From Longimicrobiales bacterium (lineage in GTDB: Bacteria > Gemmatimonadota > Gemmatimonadetes > Longimicrobiales > Gaopeijiaceae): DNA of 64,000 nucleotides. Within the stretch, counting starts at the first letter, position 1. Every line of letters begins with the position of its first letter. Made by a program: the position numbers and the translations under genes. This document shows, piece after piece, positions 9,418 through 19,020 of this stretch. Under the pieces are notes generated by a model. That model did not search any database and had not been told where the DNA came from. It worked only from the letters and a program-made list of their open reading frames with translations. The DNA lies in contig CBDCNQ010000005.1 of assembly GCA_965219445.1 (NCBI GenBank), positions 1 through 64,000 on the forward strand, in the 5' to 3' direction.

Positions 9418-11457
9418 ATGCTGAGGCCGGCGACGCTCGTCCTCATGGGCCTCGCCGCGGCGGCCGCCATCGCCCACGCCTTCTGGGCGCCCTTTCCCGC
9501 CAGCGGCGGCAACCCCGTGCTGGACTTGATCGCCTACCACGATCCGGGCTTCCACACGGTGATCCGCGTCTGGTACTACGCGGCGCCCGCCGTCGCCGTG
9601 GTGCTCTTCGGCAGCCTCGGCCTCTCGGTCTGGAGAGTCTGGCTGCAGCCCAGGGCGGGAGGCGGCAGCAAGGGCAAGCTGCCTCCGTGGCCCGTGTCGC
9701 CGAACGACGCGGCACCCTCGCTCGTGATCGGCGAGCTGCACCACCCGACCGTTCCGTGCGAGAGCGAGCGGCCCTCCTGGCTCGTGATCCCAGAGACGGG
9801 CCTCTACACCGGCGTCCTCATCGTCGGCGCCGTGGGCTCCGGCAAGACCTCGGCCTGCATGCACCCGTTCGCCGAGCAGCTCCTCTCCTGGCAGGCTGAC
9901 CGGCCCGGCCGGCGGGCCAGCGCCCTGGTGCTCGAGGTCAAGGGCGACTTCTGCCACGCAGTGCGAGGGATCCTCGATGAGGCCGGGCGAGGGGACGACT
10001 ATCTGGAGATCGGACTGGACGGCGCCTGGCAGTGGAACCCGCTCGACGATCCGCTGCTCGACACTTACTCGCTCGCCTACAGCGTCTCATCCCTGATCAA
10101 CCAGCTCTTCGGCAAGAGCCGCGAACCGTTCTGGCAGCAAGCCTATACGAACCTCGTGCGCTGGATCATCGAACTGCACCGGCTCCTGCCGGGGGGCTGG
10201 GTCACGCTGCAGGATGTCTACCGCTGCACGATCGACGCAGAACTGTTCGCCGGGAAGATCGGCGCGGCCCAGGACCTGGTGGCTGAGGCGTGCCCGGCGC
10301 GCGTCGTCATCTCCCACGACGACATGATCGGCCATCCGGAAGCGCTGAATGACTGGGTCTGGATATATACCTCCGGTGAGGACACGGTGACGTGCCGGCT
10401 CGATCCCGGGTTGAGCGATCGGCTCGCCGAGCTCAGGATCCCGTTCGAGACCGAGGAGAGCGAGGGCGGAGCGGGCAGCGAGCTCAGGGAGCAGGTGGAG
10501 GCGATCGAGCGCTGGTACCTGAACGACTGGATGGCGCTCGACCCCAAGGTCCGCACCTCGATCGTCGAGGGCATCTCCGTCTTCCTCTCGCTCTTCGATC
10601 AGCCGCGAGTCGCGAGCATGTTCTGTCCGCCGCCTCCGGACCCGGACGAATCCACACATATATATAGTACGGCTCCGGACGAGGACGGCGCGGCCGTCCG
10701 GCCCATGCCGGGCCTACGCCGCCGGCTGCCGCCGCTCGCCGAGCTGATCGAAGAGGGCCGCGTCCTCGCCCTCAACATGCCCGCGGGCGCGAACCCGGCG
10801 CTCGGACGAGCCATCGGCGTGCTGCTCAAGAACGCCTGGATGCAGGCGCTCCTGCGGCGGCCCGCAGAGGCCGCCCGCCGGCCCGGACGCTACTTCCGGC
10901 CCGCAGTGTTCATCTGCGACGAGTATCAGGCGTTCGCCACCGTGGGCCAGGACGACCCCGCTGGCGACGAGAAGGCGTTCGCGCTGACGCGGCAGTGCCG
11001 CTGCATCCCGATCGTAGCCACGCAGTCGATCTCCTCGCTCCGCTCCGTGCTGTCGGGCACGGAGGCCTGGCGCACGCTGGTCCAGACGCTCCGCACCCGG
11101 ATCTTCCTGTCCTTGAGCGACGAGTCCTCGGCCAGGATCGCGTCCGAGATGTGCGGGAGCGTCATGAAGACGCAGCCCTCCTACACGTTCACCGAGACCA
11201 CGGGCAGGCCCGAGTTCTCGCTCTTGTCCGGGCGAGCCGGAGGCGGACGGGGCACGATCGGCGCGAGCAAGTCGTTCCGGCAGGCACGGGAGCCGGTGTT
11301 CACGCCTCGGGACTTCACGCTGCTCGCCAACTACCAGGCGATCTGCCTGCCCTACGACGGCACGAAGTCCCTTCCGGCCCGGCGCGTCTACCTGAAGCCC
11401 CACTACTTGTCGAGGGACGTGGGCTACTGGCGGCTCCGCGAGGAGGGGCGGATATGA
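9418..11457 (+). CDS. Type IV coupling protein (VirD4/TraD-like)
   Basis: Two N-terminal TMs; GAVGSGKT, LVLEVKGD, FWQQA, FICDEYQ and IVATQSISSL motifs. Confidence 0.85.
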   Translation: MLRPATLVLMGLAAAAAIAHAFWAPFPASGGNPVLDLIAYHDPGFHTVIRVWYYAAPAVAVVLFGSLGLSVWRVWLQPRAGGGSKGKLPPWPVSPNDAAPSLVIGELHHPTVPCESERPSWLVIPETGLYTGVLIVGAVGSGKTSACMHPFAEQLLSWQADRPGRRASALVLEVKGDFCHAVRGILDEAGRGDDYLEIGLDGAWQWNPLDDPLLDTYSLAYSVSSLINQLFGKSREPFWQQAYTNLVRWIIELHRLLPGGWVTLQDVYRCTIDAELFAGKIGAAQDLVAEACPARVVISHDDMIGHPEALNDWVWIYTSGEDTVTCRLDPGLSDRLAELRIPFETEESEGGAGSELREQVEAIERWYLNDWMALDPKVRTSIVEGISVFLSLFDQPRVASMFCPPPPDPDESTHIYSTAPDEDGAAVRPMPGLRRRLPPLAELIEEGRVLALNMPAGANPALGRAIGVLLKNAWMQALLRRPAEAARRPGRYFRPAVFICDEYQAFATVGQDDPAGDEKAFALTRQCRCIPIVATQSISSLRSVLSGTEAWRTLVQTLRTRIFLSLSDESSARIASEMCGSVMKTQPSYTFTETTGRPEFSLLSGRAGGGRGTIGASKSFRQAREPVFTPRDFTLLANYQAICLPYDGTKSLPARRVYLKPHYLSRDVGYWRLREEGRI

Positions 11458-12174
11458 AGCGCGCCAGCGGGATCGCGCACCTGCGACCGTTCCTGCCGGG
11501 CCTCGAGGCCGTGCTCGAGGATCCGGAGGTCTCCGAGCTGATGATCAACGGCCCCGGCAACGTCTGGGTCGAGCGCGGCGGGGAGCTCGAGCCCATCGAA
11601 GCACCGGCTCTCACCGCCGCGGCACTCTACCGGGCGGCGATCCACATCGCGCGCCCGCTCGGCCTCGATCCGGCCACACGGCCCATCCTCGACGCGCGGC
11701 TCGACGACGGCTCCCGCGTGGCCATCTGCACGCCGCCGGCCAGCCCCCACGTGGCGATGACGATCCGCCGGTTCGCAGGCCGCGCGTTCTCGGCTGACGA
11801 CCTCGTCGGCCAGGGGGCCCTGCCCGAGAGCGTGTTCCGCGCGGCCGAGGGCGTGCTCCGCTCCCGGCGTAACATCCTAGTTTCGGGCGGCACCGGCTCG
11901 GGCAAGACCACGCTGCTGAACGCGCTGATCGAGCTACTCCCAGAGGAGGAGCGGATCGTCGCCATCGAGGACACGCTCGAGCTCAGGATCGACCGGACCA
12001 ACTGCCTTCGCTTCGAGGCCGGAGCGGCGGGCTCCGAGGCGCCCGTGTCGATCCGTGACCTGGTGCGGCACGCGCTCCGCCACCGGCCCGACCACATCGT
12101 CGTCGGCGAGGTCAGGGGCGGCGAAGCCGCCGATCTCCTGCAGGCGCTGAACACGGGCCACGGCGGATCGCTCA
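11454..12174 (+). pseudogene. virB11: VirB11/TrbB ATPase, 5' part (interrupted; 3' part at 19021-19283)
   Basis: ELMING, GGTGSGKTT, IEDTLEL, LRHRPDHIVVGEVRG, LNTGHGGSL; joins in frame to TTVHANNA at 19021, giving 327 aa. Confidence 0.9.
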
Positions 12175-12335
12175 TCTCCAGTACATAGATTCCAGTACAA
12201 TCCATATGTGTCCAGTAAGATTGTCTAACTAGCTCTATGACAGTGGTTTATGTAGGACCCGTCCGCTTGCAGTGTCGCTGTATGTCCACTACATTCCCGT
12301 ATATGACATACGATACTTTATACGGGGACTAGGAC

Positions 12336-13538
12336 ATGGATTTGCCCAAACACCGAGGGAGACGCCCGCACAACGCACTCAGCGCGGCCTTCGTGCGCAG
12401 TGCCAAGCCCGGATACTACTGTGATGGGAACGGCCTCTATCTGCGCGTGGACCGATCCGGCGCGCGCCGATGGGAGCAGCGTCTGCGGATACAGGGTCGA
12501 AACCGCACGATGGGGCTCGGGGGCTACCAGTTGGTATCGCTGGCCGAGGCGCGCGAGAAGGCATTCATGAACCGTAAGATTGCGCGCTCGGGCGGTGATC
12601 CGCGTACCGAGCGGCACAAGGTCCGGGACATCCCCACGTTCGCCGAGGCGGCCGCCCGTGTTCTGGAACAGCTGCGGCCGGGCTGGCGCACTGCCAAGCA
12701 TGCGAAGGACTGGGTCACCAGCCTGCGCGTCTATGCGTTCCCACAGCTGGGCAATCGACCGGTCGGCGAGATAACGACAGCCGACGTTCTGGCGGTTCTG
12801 ACACCGATCTGGCACGACAAGCAGGTGACTGCCCGGCGGGTGCGCCAGCGCATCGGGGCGGTGATGAAGTGGGCGGTGGCGATGGGGCTTCGGCCGGACA
12901 ACCCCACTGGCGATGTGCTCGGTCAAGCGCTCGGCCGACAGCGCGTCGTAGTCCGGCACATGCGCGCGTTGCCTCACGCGGAGGTCGCGGGCGCGATCAA
13001 GGCGGCCCGGACTTCGGCGTCGACCCTCACGACAAGGCTCGCCTTCGAGTTCATGGTGCTGACGGCGTGCCGCTCCAGTGAGGTTCGCTTGGCGAGTTGG
13101 GATGACATCAATCTCGAGACGGCCGAGTGGACCATCCCCGGTGAGCGCATGAAGGCCCAGCGCCCCCACAGGGTGCCGCTATCCTGGCGGGCCATGGAGA
13201 TCCTGGGCGAGGCGCGGACGCTCGGCGGCGGCGGTCTGGTTTTCCCGTCGCCGGAGGGCCGCGTGTTTTCCGACACCAACCTCCCCAGGCTGCTTCGAGG
13301 ACTGGGCATCGCGGCCGTGCCGCACGGCTTCCGGTCCAGCTTCAGGGACTGGGCGGCCGAATGCACGGACACCCCCCATGCGGTCATGGAGGCGGCGTTG
13401 GCGCACGTGGTCCGCAACAAGGCGGAAGCGGCGTACGCTCGCTCGGATCTGTTCGAGCGCAGGCGCGTCCTGATGGCCGATTGGGCGGCCTATCTGGCCG
13501 CCGAGCGTCGAGACCCGGAGGCCGGACCGGCTCGCTGA
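12336..13538 (+). CDS. P4-family tyrosine integrase with arm-binding domain
   Basis: DGNGLYL arm domain; TACRSSE, MKAQRPHRVPL, PHGFRSSFRDW, LAH, AAYARSD catalytic motifs. Confidence 0.95.
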   Translation: MDLPKHRGRRPHNALSAAFVRSAKPGYYCDGNGLYLRVDRSGARRWEQRLRIQGRNRTMGLGGYQLVSLAEAREKAFMNRKIARSGGDPRTERHKVRDIPTFAEAAARVLEQLRPGWRTAKHAKDWVTSLRVYAFPQLGNRPVGEITTADVLAVLTPIWHDKQVTARRVRQRIGAVMKWAVAMGLRPDNPTGDVLGQALGRQRVVVRHMRALPHAEVAGAIKAARTSASTLTTRLAFEFMVLTACRSSEVRLASWDDINLETAEWTIPGERMKAQRPHRVPLSWRAMEILGEARTLGGGGLVFPSPEGRVFSDTNLPRLLRGLGIAAVPHGFRSSFRDWAAECTDTPHAVMEAALAHVVRNKAEAAYARSDLFERRRVLMADWAAYLAAERRDPEAGPAR

Positions 13539-14177
13539 TCCGCCGCGCTCGCAGTGTCGGCGGACGAGTCCGTCAGGCGCTGAAGAGCGGGGGCGCGAAG
13601 GCTGGCTCACGACCCGTTAGCAGTCATGAGCCAGCCTACCCTTTGGGGCCACGCTTCGCGGGTCCCCGGCAGGGGCTGGCGAGGGTGGCTCCGCCCCCTT
13701 CGATTCCCTGGACGCCCGCGCTCCGGCAGGCCATGGCGCGCACGCGGCCGGCAGGTCGCGCGCATCGGCGGCAACCTCAACCACGTCGGGGCAGTTTCGG
13801 GCTTGGTCGAGCGCCGACGCCGACCTCACTGCGACGACTTGCCGAGCCACCTAGCTGGTGAAAAGCCGCGACCGGCGGCCGGATTCGTTGATACGCCGCG
13901 CTCGTAGCGGCGCTTGATGGCCTTCCCGCTAGGGATTGCTGGAGGGGAGCGACCCCCGGCGGAGGGTGGCATGGGTGTGCACATGCCAACCCTCCGCGAT
14001 GCCGATCGAGGCATCGAATCCGGGGGGTCGCTCCCTTCTTCGGCCGAAAGCTCCGGAGCGGCGTCGCCGCTCCGGCGGCCGTGCCGCAACTGTAAGACAG
14101 GCAGCCACATAAGGAAGCGCTGGCGCGCACATGGAAATGGCGTTTCGGTGCACATGCACCCCGTTGTCTGATGTGCA
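13508..14177 (-). repeat. ~670-bp module (integrase tail, oriT-like motif, mobC remnant, structured element), inverted copy of 39838-40507
   Basis: Direct comparison shows only a handful of substitutions; both integrases end RDPEAGPAR*. Confidence 0.9.
13600..13790 (+). other. Candidate ColE1/MOB_P-type oriT followed by a mobC remnant
   Basis: Inverted repeat GGCTGGCTCA (13600-13609) / TGAGCCAGCC (13627-13636) containing a CTGGCT nic-like core; QVARIGGNLNH MobC-like motif near 13752. Confidence 0.6.
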
Positions 14178-14211
14178 CTCGCCGATCAGCACCGACGCTC
14201 GCCGATCCGCG

Positions 14212-14630
14212 TTCAAAATCCGCCTCCAGGGAGCCGTCTCGAGCGCCATGTCGCGAAGCCGTGGATCATCGTTCCGGGACTCGAGGATCGGTGGAGGTCC
14301 TTCAGCTCGACGATCCGCTTGAGGCAGGCCTGCAGGTCGCCATACTCTTTGAGCACCCGCTCATCCTAGGCGCGGATGGCCTGCTCGATTCGGACGATCT
14401 CGCGGCCGATTTCGTGGTCGAATTCGGAGGGGTGGGGATCTCGCGCCCAGTTGGCGAGCACCGTCTCCGCCCGGCCCCGCTCGTCCGTTGTCCGGACGAG
14501 GACCACGACTTCGATCCCGCGGCCGCGATCCCAAAGCGCCTCCCAGAGTTCGCGGTGCGCGGCACCCCAGGAGCGGAGCACCGTCGCGGTCTCGTGGCCC
14601 GGATCGACGTAGACGAACACGGCAGCGGAG
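14212..14630 (-). pseudogene. 3' remnant of a homolog of the 8178-9113 gene
   Basis: AVFVYVDPGH...EQAIRA*DERVLKEYGDLQACLKRIVEL...RRLPGGGF with an in-frame TAG; 5' half absent. Confidence 0.85.
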
Positions 14631-14773
14631 AGGATCGGAACCATCATCGCGGCCGCCATGACGGGTCCAGACAAACGACGCCCGGAATTCACTCAACCGA
14701 CGCCGTAGCCTGCTGACAGCGAAGGGTTGCCGCGGTTCGTCCATACGTGTATCATGACGAATGATGCAGCATA

Positions 14774-14980
14774 ATGCGGCAAAGTGCAGTGGCAGCTAAA
14801 GAACGCCTTACGGTTAACCTCGAAGCTCCTGAATATCAGGAGCTTCGAAGGCTGGCAAAGCAGCACGAGGTCTCGATGGCGTGGCTTGGCCGTCGGGCCA
14901 TCACATGGTTCCTAGAACAGAGCGACAGTCAACGCGAGCTTCCGTTCCCCCCAAATCCCAGAGGTCGCGTGGAAACGTAG
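14774..14980 (+). CDS. Ribbon-helix-helix (CopG-like) regulator of the R-M cluster
   Basis: RLTVNL..EYQELRRLA...VSMAWLGRRAI; abuts the MTase start. Confidence 0.7.
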   Translation: MRQSAVAAKERLTVNLEAPEYQELRRLAKQHEVSMAWLGRRAITWFLEQSDSQRELPFPPNPRGRVET

Positions 14981-16135
14981 ATGGCCCCTATAGTCGGAAG
15001 TTTCTATGAATTTTTCGCTGGCGCTGGCATGGCGCGTGCTGGCCTTGGGGACCGCTGGCACTGCCTGTTCGCCAACGATTTCGACCGGAAGAAAGCCGCG
15101 ACCTACACCCTCAACTGGGGTGCAGACAATTTGCTGTGCGGAGACGTGCGAGACGTCACCACGCGTGACCTAATCGGCGTTGCCGACCTAGCTTGGGCAT
15201 CCTTCCCATGTCAGGACCTGTCGCTTGCTGGCAGCGGTGCCGGGCTGAAGGGGGAACGCTCCGGTACGTTCTGGCCATTCTGGAACCTAATGACAGCGCT
15301 TGCCGATGAATCGCGCGCGCCTGCCGTGATTGTCTTGGAAAATGTCTGCGGAACGCTTTCTTCTCACGGCGGTAAGGATTTCAAGGCCATCTGCAATGCG
15401 TTTCGTGGCGGCGGCTACAGGTTCGGTGCCCTGGTCATTGATGCCGTTCATTTCGTCCCTCATTCACGGCCCCGTCTCCTGATTATTGCAGTGAGGGGTG
15501 ATGTTCCCATTCCCGACACGCTTTGCGGGCAAGAGCCAGCGCGAAAGTTTCACTCGCGCTCGCTCAGGAACTCCTTCGGCAAGCTACCCGCTGATTTGAA
15601 GGAAAGCTGGATTTGGTGGTGCCTCCCAGCACCGCCATCGCGCAACACTGGCTTCTCCGACCTCATCGAGGAAGATCCGGGCGACGTTCTTTGGCATACG
15701 CCCGCCGAGACGCGGAAGCTCATAGACATGATGAGCGACGTGAACCTAGAAAAGGTTCGCTCTGCGAAGCAGGAAGGGCGGCGAAGAATCGGCACGGTGT
15801 ACAAGCGCACGCGGCGCGACGGAACCGGCCGCAAGGTCCAACGCGCCGAAGTGCGCTTCGACGATATCGCCGGATGCCTGCGTACTCCGGCCGGTGGCTC
15901 AAGCCGACAGCTTGTGCTCGTTGTTGAGGGCCGCAAGGTGCGGTCGCGCCTCATATCGAGCCGCGAGACCGCGCGACTTATGGGACTTCCAGACGACTAC
16001 ATCCTGCCCGACAACTACAACGAAGCCTATCATCTGACAGGCGACGGGGTTGTTGTGCCGGTGGTCCGTTTCTTGGCGGACACGCTCATCGAGCCCGTGG
16101 TCTTGCACGCAATCAAAGCCCACAGAGCCGCATGA
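14981..16135 (+). CDS. C5-cytosine DNA methyltransferase
   Basis: FFAGAG (motif I), SFPCQDLS (IV), LENV (VI), PHSRPR (VIII), RETARLMGLPD (IX), GDGV (X). Confidence 0.95.
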   Translation: MAPIVGSFYEFFAGAGMARAGLGDRWHCLFANDFDRKKAATYTLNWGADNLLCGDVRDVTTRDLIGVADLAWASFPCQDLSLAGSGAGLKGERSGTFWPFWNLMTALADESRAPAVIVLENVCGTLSSHGGKDFKAICNAFRGGGYRFGALVIDAVHFVPHSRPRLLIIAVRGDVPIPDTLCGQEPARKFHSRSLRNSFGKLPADLKESWIWWCLPAPPSRNTGFSDLIEEDPGDVLWHTPAETRKLIDMMSDVNLEKVRSAKQEGRRRIGTVYKRTRRDGTGRKVQRAEVRFDDIAGCLRTPAGGSSRQLVLVVEGRKVRSRLISSRETARLMGLPDDYILPDNYNEAYHLTGDGVVVPVVRFLADTLIEPVVLHAIKAHRAA

Positions 16136-16989
16136 GCATCATCCCATGCCAGCGGAACAACAGCCTCCGAGAGCAAATCGAGGCATTCGCTGAAACCCTG
16201 AAGACCGAGGCTCATACGCTTGGCGATCATGGCCTCAGCGAGTCGGAATTCTACAGCAGCGGTGTGTTCCGGGGCGCGATCGAGCGCGTTCGCGGACAGT
16301 TTTCTGCCACGATGCGCGACAAGCGAGAATTCGTCCAGCATGTTCTCAACTACATGCAGGATGAGGGGTTCATCAATGACTGGGAATCCGCTGGCGACGC
16401 CAATCGCCACGACTACGCCGTCGGTCTTGAATCGGGTCGAACAGCCATCATCGAGTTGAAGGGCTGCCTTGACGGCAACAACACCACCATCTTCGAACGA
16501 CCACCGCACGCCGACGAGTTCATCATCTGGAGCATTTGCACGAGCCCGGCTGCCGACCCGCGCCACAACGCCTGGTCCGGAATCCATACGCGCCTGAGCG
16601 CTGAAATCGTCTCCCGCGAACAACGCGTCGACGGGATAGTCATCTGGGACATGGTTTGCGGCACCGTCTGGCGGCCTTGCCCCAAATTGCTGGCCGACGA
16701 TTCCCGCCTAACCATTGTTGGACCGTACTCGCTGCCCCCACCGTGCCTGTACATCCTGCCCTCCACGATTCCGAGTCCTCGCAACAACCCCAGCCCCCAG
16801 CCTCAACAGCTCGTCGATGTTGAGATAATGATGGTCTTCAACGACTGCTTCCTGTGTAGGCCAGAAGAAATCAACTACGTCAGTTTTGACGTCGCCCATC
16901 GTGAGGCTGACACAGTTCGGACGACGCGAGTTGTTCGTGATGGCGCTGTGCAGAAGGAATCAGCTCCGACCGCAATCCGACGGTCATAG
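16132..16989 (+). CDS. Putative type II restriction endonuclease (PD-(D/E)xK-like)
   Basis: Lies between the MTase (ATGA overlap) and vsr; HDY...IIELKG motif. Confidence 0.6.
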   Translation: MSIIPCQRNNSLREQIEAFAETLKTEAHTLGDHGLSESEFYSSGVFRGAIERVRGQFSATMRDKREFVQHVLNYMQDEGFINDWESAGDANRHDYAVGLESGRTAIIELKGCLDGNNTTIFERPPHADEFIIWSICTSPAADPRHNAWSGIHTRLSAEIVSREQRVDGIVIWDMVCGTVWRPCPKLLADDSRLTIVGPYSLPPPCLYILPSTIPSPRNNPSPQPQQLVDVEIMMVFNDCFLCRPEEINYVSFDVAHREADTVRTTRVVRDGAVQKESAPTAIRRS

Positions 16990-16991
16990 CT

Positions 16992-17402
16992 ATGTCATCG
17001 GAGCAGCGCAGCCGGACCATGCGCGCAGTCAAAGATCGCGACACGAAGCCCGAGATGGCAGTGCGGCGACTCCTGCATCGTATGGGCTATCGGTACAGAC
17101 TGCACCAGAAGGACTTGCCGGGTAAGCCGGACATTGTGTTCCGCCCGCGTCGGAAGGTCATCTTCGTTCATGGATGTTTCTGGCACGGGCACTCTTGCAA
17201 GCGCGGGAACCGCCTTCCGAGAACCAACGCCGAGTACTGGCAGACGAAAATAGCGCGCAACGTCGAACGCCACTTGGACCAACTCGGCGAACTGACTGGG
17301 GCTGGTTGGACAGGACTAACGCTGTGGGAGTGCGAGCTTACCGACAAGGATACTGTCACACGGCGTTTAGGCACTTTCCTCGACGAGACCGCTAGTCTGT
17401 AG
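16992..17402 (+). CDS. vsr: Very short patch repair endonuclease
   Basis: RSRTMRAVK..DTKPE, LPGKPDIV, FVHGCFWHGH, WECEL. Confidence 0.95.
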   Translation: MSSEQRSRTMRAVKDRDTKPEMAVRRLLHRMGYRYRLHQKDLPGKPDIVFRPRRKVIFVHGCFWHGHSCKRGNRLPRTNAEYWQTKIARNVERHLDQLGELTGAGWTGLTLWECELTDKDTVTRRLGTFLDETASL

Positions 17403-17582
17403 TTCGTTGGGGGACGTCGGCTGTTTGTACAAAGACGGTAATCAGCTAACACTCGGACCAAGCCGGTGCTACGACGAGATTGCCAACATTATCGCAATCA
17501 GTGATTCGATGGTGTACCGGACCAACCCGCGCTTTGCCGAAGGCGATCTGGAGATAGCCCTGAACGAACGGCGCGTGTCGCA

Positions 17583-18197
17583 ATGACTCGACCATACGCC
17601 CAGGAATTGTATAAGCGATCACTATTAGATGATGCTTGTCCGGTGTGTGGCTTGTTCTACGTGAAGGAATTGCCCGAAGAGCGAAGACATCATCGTTCAT
17701 TCCATGCCCGCATGCTGTTAGTGTTCGAACCGAAACCAAACAAGGCGCTGGCGAAACGTCATGCTAAATTCGGGCGCTACGTCCCATTAACCTCCCAATC
17801 ACCAACATGGATGAATCGTCGGTTACACTGGATCGCGAGAGTGCTGCATCGGGAGAACAGCTACGACTTTATAATGTGGCCAGAATCTGGGGGTGATGGC
17901 GAGGGATTCATTCTCACGGACAGTGATGGCCGAGCTCTTGGCGGCTGTGCGGTGCAATGGTGTGAGTGGTCTGATGCGCCAGCGTGTTGGGTACTGCAAT
18001 GGATCTGGATTGCCCCTCCATATCGCCGACAAGGGCTGCTTAGGGATACGTGGTCGATGCTGACAACAAAGTATGATGGGATTATACCGGATCGGCCGTA
18101 TTCACCGGAGGCGGCACGGTTTTTTCTGTCGCTCAGCAATTTGCCGGAACATGTTGAGTTGTGGTTGAGGTTCGCTCTACAAGAGGCTCCCGCTTGA
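17583..18197 (+). CDS. C2H2 zinc finger plus GNAT acetyltransferase, Eco1/ESCO-like architecture
   Basis: CPVCGLFY....PEE...H..FH finger; WIWIAPPYRRQG acetyl-CoA motif A. Confidence 0.7.
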   Translation: MTRPYAQELYKRSLLDDACPVCGLFYVKELPEERRHHRSFHARMLLVFEPKPNKALAKRHAKFGRYVPLTSQSPTWMNRRLHWIARVLHRENSYDFIMWPESGGDGEGFILTDSDGRALGGCAVQWCEWSDAPACWVLQWIWIAPPYRRQGLLRDTWSMLTTKYDGIIPDRPYSPEAARFFLSLSNLPEHVELWLRFALQEAPA

Positions 18198-18565
18198 GCC
18201 ATCGCGTCTAGCTCCCGCACGCGCCGCCGGAAGGATAGCCGGAGCCCCCCGTCCGGGTCCACGTGGACCAGCTGGACGCCGGAAGGCTCGGGGACGTAGC
18301 CCGCCGCGCGAGCCTAGCCGCGAGAGGCGCGATACAGGCCGCCAGGGAGCCGGGCCGCCCGCGCGGGGAGCCGGCTTCGCGTCCGGGAGGGCTTTGGGGG
18401 GGCTGGAGGATTCGCAGGCCTCCCAAGCAACGGGAGGCATCCACCGGCCATCCTTCCACCCGCCGCCGTCCCTGCCGGATCGGGGCCGATCCCCGAAGGC
18501 GGCGCACGCCAAGTCCGGGAAGGAACAGCCCCCACGGCAGTATGCGATCACCGCCGCCCTCTACG

Positions 18566-18904
18566 TCATGCCGCCGTGTCCGGTCCGGGTGGGCCTGCCG
18601 CCTCCGCGCCTCCGCGCTTGATGCGCACCCGGTAGACGCGGTAGGCCGAGCCCGTCCGCGCCGATTGCCTCCACTCCACGAACCGGATGAGAAGCCAGTC
18701 GCCGGGCTCGGGGAGGGGGTCCAGGGCCTGCTTTAGGGTCACCTCCGTGGGGATCACGGCGAAGGATTGCCCGTCCGGGGTGAGGAGCGTGACCACCGGA
18801 TAGCTGCCGTGCGGGCCGCCGCGCTCCTCCCGCGCGACACCGAAGGTCGAACCCGTCACGGGGTCCGCGAACGTACCGTAGGGTCCCGTGTAATCGCACG
18901 CCAA
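18566..18904 (-). CDS. Small hypothetical protein, possible OB-fold ssDNA-binding protein
   Basis: Beta-rich pattern YPVVTL..DG..FAV...PGDWLLIRF...YRVYRV; fold call is inference. Confidence 0.45.
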   Translation of the reverse strand: MACDYTGPYGTFADPVTGSTFGVAREERGGPHGSYPVVTLLTPDGQSFAVIPTEVTLKQALDPLPEPGDWLLIRFVEWRQSARTGSAYRVYRVRIKRGGAEAAGPPGPDTAA

Positions 18905-19020
18905 TTATACGGGATCACATACGATATGAACGAGTCAGACCAAAACCTACGGCATCCATAACTAACCGTATGTCATATAGTTACGACGATGTACGCACAT
19001 CGCTGATAGCTGCTCGCTCA

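Larger units (their letters stand above)
12168..19020. mobile_element. Integrative element inserted in virB11
   Basis: 7-bp direct repeat TCGCTCA at 12168-12174 and 19014-19020; AT-richer ends share ATATGACATACG (12301-12312) and its reverse complement (18967-18978); integrase at the left end. Confidence 0.9.
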
